64,000 bases of DNA from the human T2T-CHM13v2.0 reference genome, Homo sapiens (GCF_009914755.1 NC_060936.1); one strand, 5' to 3'; positions 1 through 14,229 are shown, counted from the stretch's first letter. Made by a program: numbers and translations. Notes: generated by a model from the letters alone, not told the origin.

Positions 1-1957
1 CTTTCCCACTCTACCTTCCCAAAGGAGGTCAGGAGATGCACTGCGATTCAGCCATGGCTGTGTGTCTACGTCACCTGCCCCTCCACGCCCCCCAGAATTA
101 CTGACTTCAAATCTCTTGGAGTAGAATCAAAACATTGACTTTTACTCAGCTTCTCCTGGGCACTTTGATGGAGAATCAGGATTGGGAAAACTGGTTTAGA
201 CAATTACTCCATGGCTAATGGGCCCATCATGGAAACGAGATGTTTATGGATGTTCTTAACCCTTTGATGTTGATATCAAGGAAAATAATCATCTTCCTCC
301 AACTCAAAGTCGGCATGTTTTGGGGACTACCATCAGAGGCAGACCCCATGGCTGACAAATCTGGGCCAGGAAGTCTCTGGGGGTCTCATAAGGCATCGGA
401 TTAGGTGACAGAAGGAGGCTGCTTGAAATCCCTTTGCCTGAAGGTCTTTAGGAACAGGAGAGAGACACCTGTCTGAGCTGGTGTAGGTGGAAGTGGGGGC
501 GAGAGTGCTGTCAGTCATACACTGACAGTCTCCACACATAACCAGGAACTATCTTTTGACTATTTAGAGGTAGCTGGCAGAGATGGTTGTTGGGAGCAAG
601 TGGACTTTGTCTGCAGACAGCAGTATGCCCTGAAGGCCAGAAAGGCTGGATGTGTTCAGGAACCCAGGCAGGGTCTGAAAGGGATAGACTGCACATTCAT
701 GATCCTCCTTCCCTTTCCAAATGTGCAGGCTGCACTTTCTCCCCATGACCTTGAGTTTGCATCGATTTCCCAAATGCACACACGGAGGGCTACTTGAGTC
801 TCTCTCCAAACCACTGACATTTGATCAAGCCAGTTCATTGTGAAGGGCAGAGAAAGACAGACTCTTCAGTGCTGTTAAAATTGGCCTTGGGGTTTTGAAA
901 GCTCTTAGAGGTCACCTGGTCTGAGTCAGTGCATGATCAAGCCCCAGTTGGCGCTGTGTGAACACCTGCCAGGGTGGACCTCAGGTGGCTCATATGATTG
1001 TGGGACAGCTCTAATTCTTGGTAAATTAAAAATCTGCCTTCTAATCATGCCTAGTGACTAGCCTTTGTTCTGCCCCCAAAGCCATGATAAGGCCACATGT
1101 AAGTCTTTCCATGTGACAGCTTTTGAAGTGTTTTGAAGACCCTTATCTTATCCCCAAGTCTTCTCATCTTTATCCTTAGTCCTAAAAAAAAAAAAAAAGA
1201 AATCCTGGTAGAGGAATGCAACAGCCCAAACCAAGAGGAACTTCCTGTAATAAGATGGGTTCTTCTGCAGTCTGTAGATTCCAAAGGCCCCCAGGGTAAC
1301 TGGAGTACATTGAACTCCAGTACGAGTACATTGAAGCACTACAGACATTTGCTCTTTGGGTTCTTACCATCATTCATTTATTCAATACTCGTAGATCTAC
1401 CAAGCACAGAGGCAGGCACCGAGGAAGCAAGGCTGGCCCGGTCCCTGCCCTCATGGAGCTTACAGTCCATGGAGGATGCAGACAAACGGGGATGGGGGGA
1501 AGGCATTTATCTTGTGTGACAGGCACCGCAATAACAGGAGCTCAGGGTGCCTTGGGAGCTCTCAGTCCAGGTTTTGCGGGTCAGGCAAGGCTTCCCAGAG
1601 GAAGGATGAGGAAGAGAGAGGCTGGAAAGGAGGGAGAGGAAGGATTTCAGAGACAGCTGCTGGCAAGGACGGTGGCCTCTGAGGCAGAACTCCTCACATT
1701 TAACTGGAGAATATATCGTGTGCTGAGAGGGGAGGGAAGAGACTCAATGGCAGATATGGGGGAGGCGCAAGTACCACTATGGCTTTGGGTCATACAGGAT
1801 GAATGAGCTGTGGGCCAGCATTAGGGCTGTGGAACAAGAACCATCCCTCATTTCTTTCTGATCTGGTTAGGAAGATACACCTGAAACCCTACAGCAGGTC
1901 TGGGCCAAGGTGCTAGGTTTAGTTCCCCGTGCACAGAGAAGCAGGCAGGGAAAGCTC

Positions 1958-2246
1958 TTTTTTTTTTTTTTTTTTTTTGAGACAGGGTCTCACTCACTGG
2001 TTTGCACCCAGGCTAGAGTGCAGTGGTATAGTCACAGCTCACTGCAACCTTGAACTCCCAGGCTCAATGCATCCTCCTGCTTCAGCCTCCTGAGTAGCTG
2101 GGACCACAGATGTGTGCTACCACACTCGCCTAGTTTTCTCATTATGTTGCCCAGGCTGGTCTTGAACTCCTGGGCTCAACCAGTCCTCCTGCCTCAGCTT
2201 CCTGAGTAGCTGAGGTTACAGCTATGAGCCACTATGTGTGCCCAGC
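1958..2246 (-). mobile_element. AluJ-like SINE in PRMT8 intron
   Basis: Poly-T then GAGACAGGGTCTCACT...CCCAGGCTAGAGTGCAGTGG...TGAGCCAC; diverged dimeric Alu. Confidence 0.9.
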
Positions 2247-2638
2247 AGGAAAAGCTAGTTGTAAGATTGAGGACCAAGTACCTGCCATATCAGTGGATCT
2301 GGGGAAACTGGTTTAGCTGTGGAGTTTGCATGAATGATGTCATTTAAGGGGAGATAGGAGGGCCTACTCTACAAATCTCTTCCCCATACTGTCTGAAGAT
2401 CTTCATTCTGTTGAACTAATTAAAAACAGCAGCATGTTCAGATGCATGTATGTCCATGCATTTAGTGGGTGACAGGGTATTCCTCATCCATCCCTTGCTA
2501 TGAACTTGTAGTATCGGGTTGTTTGTCTTCTGATCCCCAGCACTGAGGAGATGGGGATGTGATGGGAGGAGAGGCCACTGGGACTGAGAGGGAGTTCTGA
2601 TGGGGCTTGGAGGAAGGCTATAAGGACTATGCACCTGA

Positions 2639-2983
<345 letters not shown>

Positions 2984-3426
2984 TAAGTGTCTCATGAACA
3001 GTCAGAAACTTACTGAGGCAGGCAGTCGGTAGCCACATGTGGACATGACTAGGCCTAATTGAGGGACTCAGGCTTGACCCCTCAAAACTCCGCAAATAGA
3101 GGTTTTCCCTGGGTCCAATTCTGGACTGCCTTGGCTTTGAAGACAGCTTCCAGCTCTTCCTGTGAGGGGCTTTCAAATAAATGGGTCCTACCTCATTTAG
3201 TAAGAGCTGGGCCAGGAGATAAGCTCCTGGTGGCTGGAGGATGTTTGGCGTGCATTTCTTCAGCTGGCCTGGTGCGAGGGAGACTTGCTGGCACTTTCGG
3301 GGCAGCCCCAGGTGTGGGCATGAGCGCTAAAAACGTCTGCAGAGTGCTCTGAAGGTCACCTCACAGAACACTTAACCACCCCAATCAGTTTACTTCCAGG
3401 ACGAACTCGGAACGTTTTGTTATTAG

Positions 3427-3732
<306 letters not shown>

Positions 3733-4525
3733 CACACGTGGGAAGCTGCAGAGAGCAACGAGAAAAGGAACTCTCACCTCGATCTGCCGTGCCGTCCCAA
3801 AGAATACCGTTTGCAGGACTACACACTTGAAAACCAGAGTTTTCAACTCTGCCTTGAAGATTGGTGAACTCCCCAGGGCTCCCGTGGGCTCTGCCACTGG
3901 ACAGAAGGCCTCCAGCTCCTCCGCTCTGCCCTGGTAGCCCTTCACGAAGGCTTTGTGTTGCCAACAAAGAGCGACCTGGCGTGCTGTGGCTGGGCCCCGA
4001 GGGTGGAAACGTATTCGCGTCTCCCCGTCTCCTCCTTAACTGTGACTCTCCGGGTCTTCTGAGTTTTGCATGCTGCGGGTGTCTAGGACAGATTGCTTCC
4101 ACTAGAACCTGGAGACATAGCATCTTTGATAGCATAAGCCAGATTATCTGTGTGTGCGGTGGTGTGCGTGTGCGTGCATGTGTGAATGTGAGCAGCATAG
4201 TTGATATTTACCCACAAACACCTGTATATGCGTGCATATACAACCAAGTGGGTAGACCTAGGTGTTCTCTCAGAGGGGTGTGTGTGTGTGTGCGTGCGCG
4301 TGTGCCTAGAATATATATTACTCTCAGAGGAGATTCTGTTGCTTTTGAATAGGAATTTGTTTTGTGATTAGTTCGCCCCTTCCCCACCCCTTACCAGATG
4401 TTAAGCAGCTATGAAACATTCTCTGTACTAGTTCTGGTCTCCTTTTGACTGGACTGTGGCTCTGAACCTTGAGCATAGTACCACGGACTCCGTGGGCGCT
4501 CAATAAACACACATGAGAACAAACT
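3733..4525 (+). other. PRMT8: PRMT8 3' UTR (end approximate)
   Basis: Runs from the stop codon to the first canonical AATAAA (4502); contains UG-rich tracts; GT-rich sequence lies downstream. Confidence 0.8.
4502..4507 (+). terminator. PRMT8: PRMT8 polyadenylation signal AATAAA
   Basis: First AATAAA after the stop, followed by CA-rich cleavage region and TGGTGGG/TGGTT downstream element. Confidence 0.85.
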
Positions 4526-7500
4526 GGTGGGATGGCTGGTTCCTGGTGCTGTGAAGTGGGAGGGCTGGGGGGAAGCCAGAGGCCATGATGGAGTGGAGAC
4601 TCAAGGGCAGCAGCACCTACGTGGGTTCACGTTTGCTCCCCAGCAGGGAGGTCAGGGCTGGTCTAAGAGCATCTCCCCCATGGACTCTGAGGGGTCCTAC
4701 CTTAGAGGGTAAGGAGGTCATGGAGCTGGGGTGGGGGACAGGAGCTAACCAAGAGTGTGCCAGAATGGCAGGCCATGCATAGCCTGGAGACTGCTTAGGA
4801 TAATGTCCAGCCTTGGTCCGGGCGTGGTAACAGCGGAATCTGTGAAGGATGGAAATGCAATGTACTTTGCAGGGCGTGGTGGAATGTTTTGATTTGGTCT
4901 GGTCTTGGGCTATGCTTTAGCTTCCAAGACCATGATTCTCATCTATGTCACCTACCTGGGAAGAGACATTCCAGGTGGGGGAAGGAAGAGGGGCCATTTA
5001 GAGATGATGGGTGGAGCTGATGGGATCCAGGAAGAAGGAAGATGCAGGGGAGACCTCGGGCCTGGCTTTGCGTGGTTGGGGAGTGCTGGTGATGGCAGAG
5101 CCCCTGGATAATGATAACTGAACCCAATAGCAATGGCCTCTGCACTTCCATAAACTTCTGATGTCCATGGACTCTGTCAATTCCATGAAGCCTTGGGAGT
5201 TACACGCAGAGGCCTTACCCCAGCCATTTGCTAGCTGAGGTGGGCCAAGGTCTCAAGTCCCAGTTAATGTGCCCTCCCCTGCCCTGCACTGATTCTTCCA
5301 AGCCTCAGGCCCAGAGGCTAAGACTGTCTTTTTTATACCTAGAGAAAAACACAGTGAAAATTATTTAATGCTTTTTGTGTACATGTATTGGGAAGAAAAA
5401 TAGAGAAACTTAAGAGGGCACAGAAGCAAGTGTATTAGAGGAGAGAGGAGATTGAAGGAGGACATTGGAGTGGGGACTCCCTCGGGGGCATTCGAGAACT
5501 CAGGAGTTGGTTTCCATTGTAGTGAGAGTTGGGGTCCCCTGGATTCTGCCTACTGACCTGGTTTAACTTTGGGCAGGAAGCTCATTCAACCTGGTGTAGG
5601 ATCCCATCCATGGTCAACCAGCAAAATCCCACATTGTCAGGAGCCCAGTGGAGCGGTCAAGATGATGGCCTCCTGGGAGCTCCAGGCATTTGGGTCCTGC
5701 AGGCATCCCTGACACTCTGGGACCTGGGGAGGCTGCTGGGGCAGGAGGCTTAGGGGAGGACCAGAATGAGCAAAGGCCCAGCAATCTTTCGGGCCTCTCT
5801 GACCATCAGAGGAGAAGAGGGCCATCCCAGGGGCCTATCCTGCACCCACCCCCATCTTTAGCTTTCTGGAGTGGTACAAGCCCTGGGCTGCCCCACCACC
5901 ACCCCTCCCTGCCCCTGGGCTGCAGAAGGGAAGCCTGTAATGCATAAGGGATCAATTCCACAGCAGCCTCCTCCCACCTGCTCAGGCGAATGCTCCAGTG
6001 GGAATTATTTCCCTCCGATTCAGTGGGAAATAAGCAATCTCTGCTTTGAACAGCCTCTGAATGGAAGTCAGTGCATGAGATGCGGTCTCGAATGACAACA
6101 GAGATGCTATAAAGATGACTTCACTGATAAAACCTGTTTTTTCCTCGACTCTTTGCCTCTTTTACATTTTTGAGGCTGTACAAAACCCTTTAGAGACTTT
6201 CTCGCCTGTCACTCTTCCCCTGCTCTGGGGAACTTTGCCCTTCTATTCCCAACTCCCTTCTCCCAAAATGTGGTCCTCTTTTGTGATTGCATCTGGGCTT
6301 GTCTGTACAGAGGCCACTCTGTGCTTGTTCCGAAGTCCACGGAGGCATGGTTTCTCTCCCCTCCTAAACCACAAGCTCCAAGGGCGGAGACCTGCCTGGA
6401 GAGAGCAGGGTGCGGGTGGCTGGTAACAGAGTGGCAGCTGACCCAGCACTTGCTTGATCCCATGGAATGTGCCCATGAGCACCTGCCCCCCACCCAGGAC
6501 CTGCAGGCTCCAGCCTCTTCTATTTGTGCTCCTTGGGAGATGCCAATATTTTTTTTACTTTCATAAAAACCACCCCATGGAGGCCATCTACCCTAGATAC
6601 ACCCAAGCCTCTGTCAACTCTGTGGGCGGAAATGAGGCCTTAGCCAGGCCCTCCATGGACCCATCTCCGAAGGCTCCCTCTCCCCTTGACGTCATACCTG
6701 CAATCCCACCTATAGACTCCACCTCACTTCAGACCTCAGTAGTGGCATGAAATTAAGCCAGACATCTTGGCCCGTCTCTGCACCGTGTTCACCTGGCCTG
6801 GAATCTGTCCCTGGCCTAGGGGCAGTTCTGATCACCCGGCATGTGCCCTGCCTTGATCTCCTTGATCTCACATAGTATGGGGACTCTGTCTTGTTTTTGC
6901 AAATCCCCTCACTACCACACTGACGGCCCCAGCCTGGTTTTAGGAGCCCTCTTCCTGAAGAAACATTTTTCAGGACCCCTGCTACCTGCCTGGGTTCCTG
7001 ACTAGCATCTCTTTAGATATCTTGTTTCTGAGTACAGCTCTACCTGGGGGCACCTAGATTTCCCTAGACCGCCAGGCTGTGGCATATTATACCCAGACTC
7101 CTATTTTGTTGTCTGGTGACTTCCAACATAAGTCTGACTTCCCGAGGACAGGTGATCTCCTCAGTACGTGTCTAACCGTAGTGGATGTGCTGAGCTCCAG
7201 GCCTGGAGCCTCCAATGTCCCCGTCCCATTGGAAGCAATTAGTCCATATTCAGCAAAGGCTCAGACACAACACATTCCAGTATTGGATACTTAATAGGCT
7301 CCAGGCACTGAACTAGGTAGCAGCAGTATAGCAGAGACAGCAGGCATCATGGAACTCTGTGGTTATTAGTGTCTAGCTAGGCTGGGCCTGCTCTTGCCTA
7401 AATTTCAAGAAAGTAAGTTCCCTCTGCCATTGCCTACCAGCTCCAGCTCTACCCATCTCATCCCGAGGGCCAGCCACAGTTCTTAGCCCAGCTCTGCAAC

Positions 7501-9349
7501 ACAACCTCTGTCAGAGGGGGTGGTGAGCCATGTTGCTTGTTGGCTTATCTCAGTCACTAAGCCCTAGAAACAGAAAGAGAACGTGCTTGAATTTCCTGCT
7601 ATCTGTGAATTCCATGGTGGGGTGGGGGGCAGCCTGTCATTTTCAGAGAATGACAGTGCTCCGGGAGGCCCAGGGCCCTTTTTAAAGCTGGCAGTAAGTC
7701 ATTTCTCACAACAGAAGTGCCAAAGAGAGTGTGCCAACCATTAGCTGACACTTAAGGCTAGAGAGCAGCTGGAGCAAACGGGGCAGAGAAAGCCCTAGCA
7801 TGCGGGTCACCAGACCCAGGCTCCTGCTGTCCCCATTTCCAAAGGCAACCATCAGCCGCCACACAGCTCTGCTGCATGACATGAGTTTTGGAGCCAAAGA
7901 ACCTAGTCAACTCCTGGCACTGCTGCTTACTAACGACGTGATCTTGGGCAAGTCACTGTGAGACTCTATATCTTCTTCTGCTGAAAAGGAGACAACTCAG
8001 AATGAAATGAAATCAATATAAAATGTGTTTAAAAAAACAAAGCACAGTGAAATTCTAGTGATAACTGCTGCTTCAATAGCCATTCTGCTCTGGATTGCAA
8101 TTCTGTTCTTGAGAAGCACATTTAGATGACGAAGTGGAGGCCCATGGGTCTGCAAAGGCCCTGAGGGCAGCAGGCACCACAGTTGGAGCCAAGGGCAGCA
8201 GCGGCCCAGGCTCCTGGGCTGCAGGGCCTGGCCCAGAGTTTGGGGCAGCACTTCAGGTGACTCACTTGCAGAGCTTTCCAAAAGCCCTGGGCAGAAGTGG
8301 CCTGCTTCAGGGCTCTGGTTCATTGACTCAGGGCTTCAAAAGTGGCTTGTGGAGATCTTAAAGCCCATCTCGTAGCCCTCTGGCATGCTGTGACTAACTG
8401 GCACCCATGTATGTCCTTCCATGGCACCAATAGGTGTATGTCTTTCCATTGGAATGAAAAGATCCTCAGTTGGAGAGAAGCCACAGACCCACCTGGGGCA
8501 CTCGGGCAGGGCTTCACCTTCTGGCTGCCTCCGCATCCATTTCAAATCACAAGAACTTGCTGGTGACCTTGAAACCGTGCCTAGCGTGCTAGGCCCAGTG
8601 CCTGCTTTGCATACCAGGGAGAAGAGCAGAAGATAATCCAAAGTGTTATTTTACTTTGGAATTCAACACATGCTGCTTTTCCTGGGAGAATTATTCCTTT
8701 AGTCATATTTAGTTTCAGTTAATAATATATTGAATTTGTATTCTTGGAGAACCTATTCTCTTTGATGACCGGAGTTAGTGGCTTGGAAGCACATTCTGGG
8801 GACCGGCCAGGGGAATGGGGTGGGGACTAGGCTGAGAACCTAATCTTGATGGCAATAACAGCCGCATCAATGCTTAAGACTTGTTTGGCTACATTTATCG
8901 GGAAATTACCAACCAAATCCCCACTGTCAGAAATTGCCATTAATATGTCAGAGGCATGCACCACTATGGCATTATGAGTCAGAAGGCAACAGGAGAACAG
9001 AACTGTAGGGGTCCTTCTCTGTGCTCAGGGAAGGACTGGGCCTCCCAAGAAAACATCTGTGCAGGAATGAGGAGCAAAACCTAGAGATGTGGAAATAGTG
9101 TGTTGCACACACAGCTGTATGGTCTGTATGGTCTGTATAGTGTGTTGCACACACAGCTGTATGCGTGTCACCACGAAACATGGAAGATCTGTTTGGAGGC
9201 AGGAGGGAGGTACACTCACTCAGCGCCTGTTACCTGCATGCTGGGCACGGCGCGCAGATGATGCTACTTCTTTTTCAGCATGAGGCCAGGTTCTGGACCC
9301 AGTTGGAACCAGGAGTGCTACATGAGTGGTCTCTCCTGACTTCCTCCAT

Positions 9350-9850
9350 GTCATGCATATTTCTTGGGTGCCTCCTGTGTAGCAGACTTCTTGCTAGGTG
9401 CTGGGAACGCAGCACTGAACAAAAGAGATGCCAGCCTACTGTCTTGGAATTTACTGGCTGCTGGGGAAGCAGACACTAAACAAGAGGGATAAATATTATG
9501 AAAAGGAAGCAGAGGCTGAGGGAGTAAGAGACTGTTATTTAGAGACTGAGAACAAGAGAGCTTCCCTGAAGAGAGGACTTTAAACAGAGCCTTGAAAAAC
9601 TGGAAGAGGAGGGGAGGGAGAGATGGAGGGAGGATCCGGCAAAAACAGCCAGTGTCAGGGCCCAGCCCGAAGGAGTCCAGAGAGCTTGGCACAGCTGAAA
9701 AAGAGGAGCCCGCAGAGGACCAGGGGAGAACCCAGAGAAGGGAGGCCTGAGATACAGTCTGGGTTCCATGGTCAAGGGCCTTGCAAACTATGTCAAGGAC
9801 ACATTTTCCTTAGGCAATGAGAAAACACTGAAGGATTTTAATCAGGAAAG
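9350..9850 (-). mobile_element. L2 LINE fragment (approximate)
   Basis: Resembles the L2 3' end (tgctaggtgctgggaa...tgaacaaaagagatg...ctgtcttggaattta); highly diverged. Confidence 0.5.
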
Positions 9851-11194
9851 TGACAAGACAAGATTTGCATGCCACACATGCTCACCAGCTAACGAGCTCA
9901 ATTTGGCAGTTGTTTCCCTTGAAAAATGGTAATACGCTTAACCCACTGCCTACTTCAGAAAATCAACCGCAGAACAGGTCATCCGTAGCAGCGGCAGAAC
10001 CTCTAGGAACCATGAGTGAAGGATGGGGACTGAGGCTTCTTTTGGTTGCTGTTGTTGACAATGGCTTGAATAGATTGCTGCGTTTTAGGATTGCCTTGTT
10101 CACCCGGAGGAAATCTGCAACCGGCCAATTTGTGCAACTCTGAGATCATTTGCATCGTCCTTTCTGGTGTCATGTCATACTGTTCTTCCCAGGAGGACAG
10201 CCTCCTCCTGGCTCAGAGTATGTCATCGCCTGGGAGGGGGAAGGCAGTTGGAAGGGTTGGTGCAAGGCTGGATCTGCGTTTGGGGATTGTTCTTGCTGCT
10301 TCAAGCGCTGGGCAGCTGTTTCCAGGGGAGCAGAATGCTTGGCATCACTTTCAACTCACGGAACATATTCTTGAAGCACCTTTCAGAGGCTCCGTGGGTT
10401 GTAATGGGTTTCTGATATCATGACAACTGCTTTTTGGCCATGGTTGGTTAGCTCCGTTGGATAGAGCATCGAACTTCAAGCCAAAGTCACAGGCTACATA
10501 GACACGCAGCTCTGTTTCATGGGCATGGATGATGCCTTGAACTCCAGACAGCCATGGAGATAAACAGGCCTGGGGTTGAGCCTGGCTCCTCCAGTGAGTA
10601 GCTGAGACTGGCAGGGAGTTACTGGAATTGTCTGCTTCTGAGTGAATTCTTTCCCTGTTAGATGGGGAGGATAATAACACCTTTCTCCCAGGGTTGTTGC
10701 AAGTGTCAAATGACACTGAAGGATTTAAATGAGATCATGTGAGATCACATGGTAATGCACCCCGGGGCACAGGCAGCTGCTTATCAACGGCAGCTCTTTC
10801 TCTTCTTGGAACTGAGGGCTCCAGACAAGAACATGCAGATGACTCCGGGCTCTCCCAGGGAGAGAGGGAAAAACAAGTCCAAGTACAGTCTCTCTCCACA
10901 ATGGGTCAGAGTGCTGGCTTCACGTGGCCAAAGAGAGAAGGCACAGGATCCTGTGTTGCTTGGGAATAATTCCAAAGGTGGCTTCGGAGATACCTAGATT
11001 AGAAATGCCAGGGGAATTCAGAGCAGGGCCAGGACTTCCAGGCATCTGAGGTCATTAAACGTGACTCGGGGCCTGAGGCTGCACGTTGCAGAGTGTGGAA
11101 CGGGCCAGTCGGCAGGAGGTTCCCCATGGTGTCCTAGACTGAGGACCCGGAATGACCTGAGATAAGAATAAGCACAGGACCCTGGAGCCGGAGG

Positions 11195-11350
11195 AACATA
11201 TTCAAACCCCGATTCTCCCACTTCTGGCTGCGTAACCTTGAGCAAGTCATTCAGCCTCTCTCTGCCTCAGTTTCCTTTCTTACAAATGATGGTAGTCGTA
11301 TTATCTACCCGGTGGCATTGTGGTAAGAGTTAAATGAGAAGCATGCCAGG
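11195..11350 (+). mobile_element. MIR SINE fragment
   Basis: MIR core: ACCTTGAGCAAGTCATTCAGCCTCTCTCTGCCTCAGTTTCCT...GTTAAATGAG. Confidence 0.7.
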
Positions 11351-12460
11351 TATGTGATGCATAGGTATAGAATAGCTGCTCCTCCTAGGAATTATGCCAG
11401 GCTTTGCACACCTCCGGGACTTGGGCACATCGGCCCTTCTGAGCCCCACAACCTGGCTCCCGTGCTCTCTGGAGGTGAGCAAAGCCCACCGTCTGTGCCC
11501 TACCCTCACCATGCTGCATTTCCAGCATCTGTTTTTGTGTCTATCTGTCTCCCCAGCAGACTGTGATCTCCTTGAGGGCAGGCTCTGCATCCCACTTATG
11601 CTGCGTGTCAGTGGCAAGTACAAGTCCCTAGCCCATCACAGGTGCTTAGTAAATCTTTGCTAAATGAGCGAATGCTGACTTGATGCCATGGCACCCACGG
11701 CAGTCTCCAACCTGCCTGCTGCTCCTAATCTCCGAACCTACTCTCTCCCCCGCCCTGGGCCTCGGTGTTCTCATTTATGGGAGGAAGGTATTCGCCTAGA
11801 ATTAACTTCAGGTCCTCACCCAGCTTAAAGAAACTGTGATTTTTGTGATTCTACAGCTCTTATTTTGTGACCCTGGGCTCAGAGCTTTCTAAGAAGATCC
11901 CGCCCCCAACTGTGTAGTGGAGGAGAGTAGAATGGCTTATTTTTGGTGGAAGTTGGGGGTAGGAGTGAGAAGTAAACGCTCCAGGAGGAAAAGAATTTCC
12001 TGCCCGGGCTGCAGAAAGACACCGTGGAGGCTTTGCCAGTGAGTAGCCGGAGGAATGGAGGGTTGAACCACCAAGATGTGAGGTTTCTCAGTTGCTTGAC
12101 TGCCGTTCATTAGCGTGCGACTACAGAGATGGGCCATTTCTTGGAAAACCATTTTAATAACTGAGAGCAAATGGGATTAAGGATGCTGGCTGGCATCTGG
12201 CCAGGACCGCGTGGCTCTCATCCACACGGGGAGTTAATTTGTCTCTGCTAATGTTGCCTATTGATTATCGCTCACAATATTTTCTTTCAGGTGTTTCTCT
12301 GCAAAGTGTTTCTATTGAGTGGGCCTCTGGCAATGTGGTTTCTGGGGGCTCTGTGAGGGGAGAAGAGTGGGGAGCAGAGCCGGGTAATGTCTAGGATCAA
12401 GGGAGGCCTGGGGAGCGATGGCCAGTCGAGAAGGCAAACCTCGTGCCGCGTCCACACAAA

Positions 12461-12589
12461 GTGACTATGGTCCTGAATCCGGGGGTCCTGGGGCCAGATA
12501 AGCCCTGGCCCTGCCACCCCCAACCGTGACTATAGCCCTGAAGCCGGGGGTCCTGGGGCCAGATAAGCCCTGGCCCTCCCACCCCCAAC
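12461..12589. repeat. Tandem duplication, 2 copies with a 65-bp period
   Basis: GTGACTAT...GGGGGTCCTGGGGCCAGATAAGCCCTGGCCCT...CCACCCCCAAC at 12461 and 12526, ~4 mismatches. Confidence 0.95.
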
Positions 12590-13586
12590 TTCGCCCTGGT
12601 CGCCAGTCTCCCTGGCTCTGTTTCCACAGGGCGTGCTGCGGAAGTGACTTGTGAACTCTACACAGCTGTACACACGTAGCTTTTTATGTTACTCCCTCCC
12701 AGTCCACAAGCCACAGCTGGCTTTGAATATTCACATTCATGGAGAAGACTATGACCTGCAGAATTTCAAGTAATGGATAATCCAAAAATGTAATTTGACT
12801 TGAAGCTTGTAGTGTGCAATCCCCATGCCCTCACCTCATTCTGAGAAATCCTATTTTGAGAAATCAGAGGCTGTCTGGATTTAAGTTTTAAAAACTCAGT
12901 GTTTGAGATTTAATGACTTGAAGTCTGGGATGGGGGAAGTACAATTGGGTAGCCTGGAAGCACGCCGGACTCTGGGAAGACTGAGATTAAAGGTATGGCC
13001 TGGCTGGTAGAATAAACACGTAACACATTAGAGCTGAGGTTGTTGCTTATGCGGTTTCTTGCTTTACCTCCATCCTCACGCACCCTGGCCACCCCCACTA
13101 CTCTGTGCTGGCCTGAGGAAGCTGGCCAGAGGGTGATGCTCGAAGTGCCTCCGGCCTTACCTCCCACCCCATCCTTCTACTCTTTCTTCAGGCACAACTG
13201 CAAATCTGCTCCTGTCGCTTTCCTGTTTAAACCCCACCCCCGATCCCCCCACCACCAGTGGCTCTCTGTTACCTACAGGCTGATACTGAAACTCCTGCTT
13301 GCCCAGGGTAGGCTGTCTGGCTCTGATCTCCCATCTCCCATTCACTGTCGAAGCCCCAGCTCTGTCCCCCATCCCCGGAGTCCTCATCCTGTGCACCGCC
13401 CTGGCCATACAAACCGTGTGTCCCGCATGCCTGGGCCCCGTCAGCTGTCACTCTCCTGCTTCCCTGTCTTCCTTCTGTTATTTCCCCCCACCAATCATGA
13501 ACCCCTTTGTTGGAACTAGCAGTCCCCCCCACCCCCATTCCTCCACCCAGAGGCAACTGGGTGTCCAGTTCTCAATGTCCATAGCA

Positions 13587-13954
13587 CAGAGTGAATATTC
13601 CTGATCTAAAATGCTTGCAACCAGAAGCATTTTAGGTTTCGGATTTTTTTTTGGATTTTGGATTTTTTTGGATTTTGGAATATTCGCATACACATAATGA
13701 GATATCTTGGGGATGGGACCTAAGTCTAAAAATGAAATTTATTTATGTTTCCTATATACTTTACACACAGAGCCGGAAGGTGATTTTATGTAGATTGATA
13801 ATTGTGTGCACGAAACAAATTTTTGGCTGTGTTTTGACTGTGGTTCATCACATGAGGTCAGGTGTGGAATTTCCACCTGTGGCGTCATGCCAATGCTCAA
13901 AACATTTCAGACTTTGGAGGATTATGGATTTTCCAACTAGGGATGCTCATCCTG
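13587..13954. mobile_element. TcMar-Tigger DNA transposon (Tigger4/MER46-like MITE)
   Basis: Ends in GGATGCTCATCCTG-TA (TIR plus TA target); repeated GGATTTT(G/C)G; CACATGAGGTCAGGTGTGGAATTTCCAC as in Tigger4 from recall. Confidence 0.75.
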
Positions 13955-14191
13955 TATTCTGCATCATCCCTCTCTCATTGTTTTCTACCTGTTTGCTGAT
14001 ATAGATCTTTCACCAACTTGGAGCTCCTTGATTCTTGATTTCTTTATTTTCATATTCTAAGAGCATAGGGTATGGCATGGTACCTCAGCACGTATTGAAA
14101 CTTGGGTGGGAAGTATTTCAGGCCATTAACAAAAGGACTAAAGAGGAGAGAGTTAGGGATGAAATCAGAATGGGTAGTGTGCGTGGTTTCA

Positions 14192-14193
<2 letters not shown>

Positions 14194-14228
<35 letters not shown>
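14194..14228. repeat. (TG)~17 microsatellite
   Basis: Direct reading. Confidence 0.95.

Positions 14229-14229
<1 letters not shown>

Noticed and set aside
4474-4494. RE1-like ACCACGGAC in the PRMT8 3' UTR
   Set aside because: Only ~13/21 match, with key positions in both half-sites wrong.
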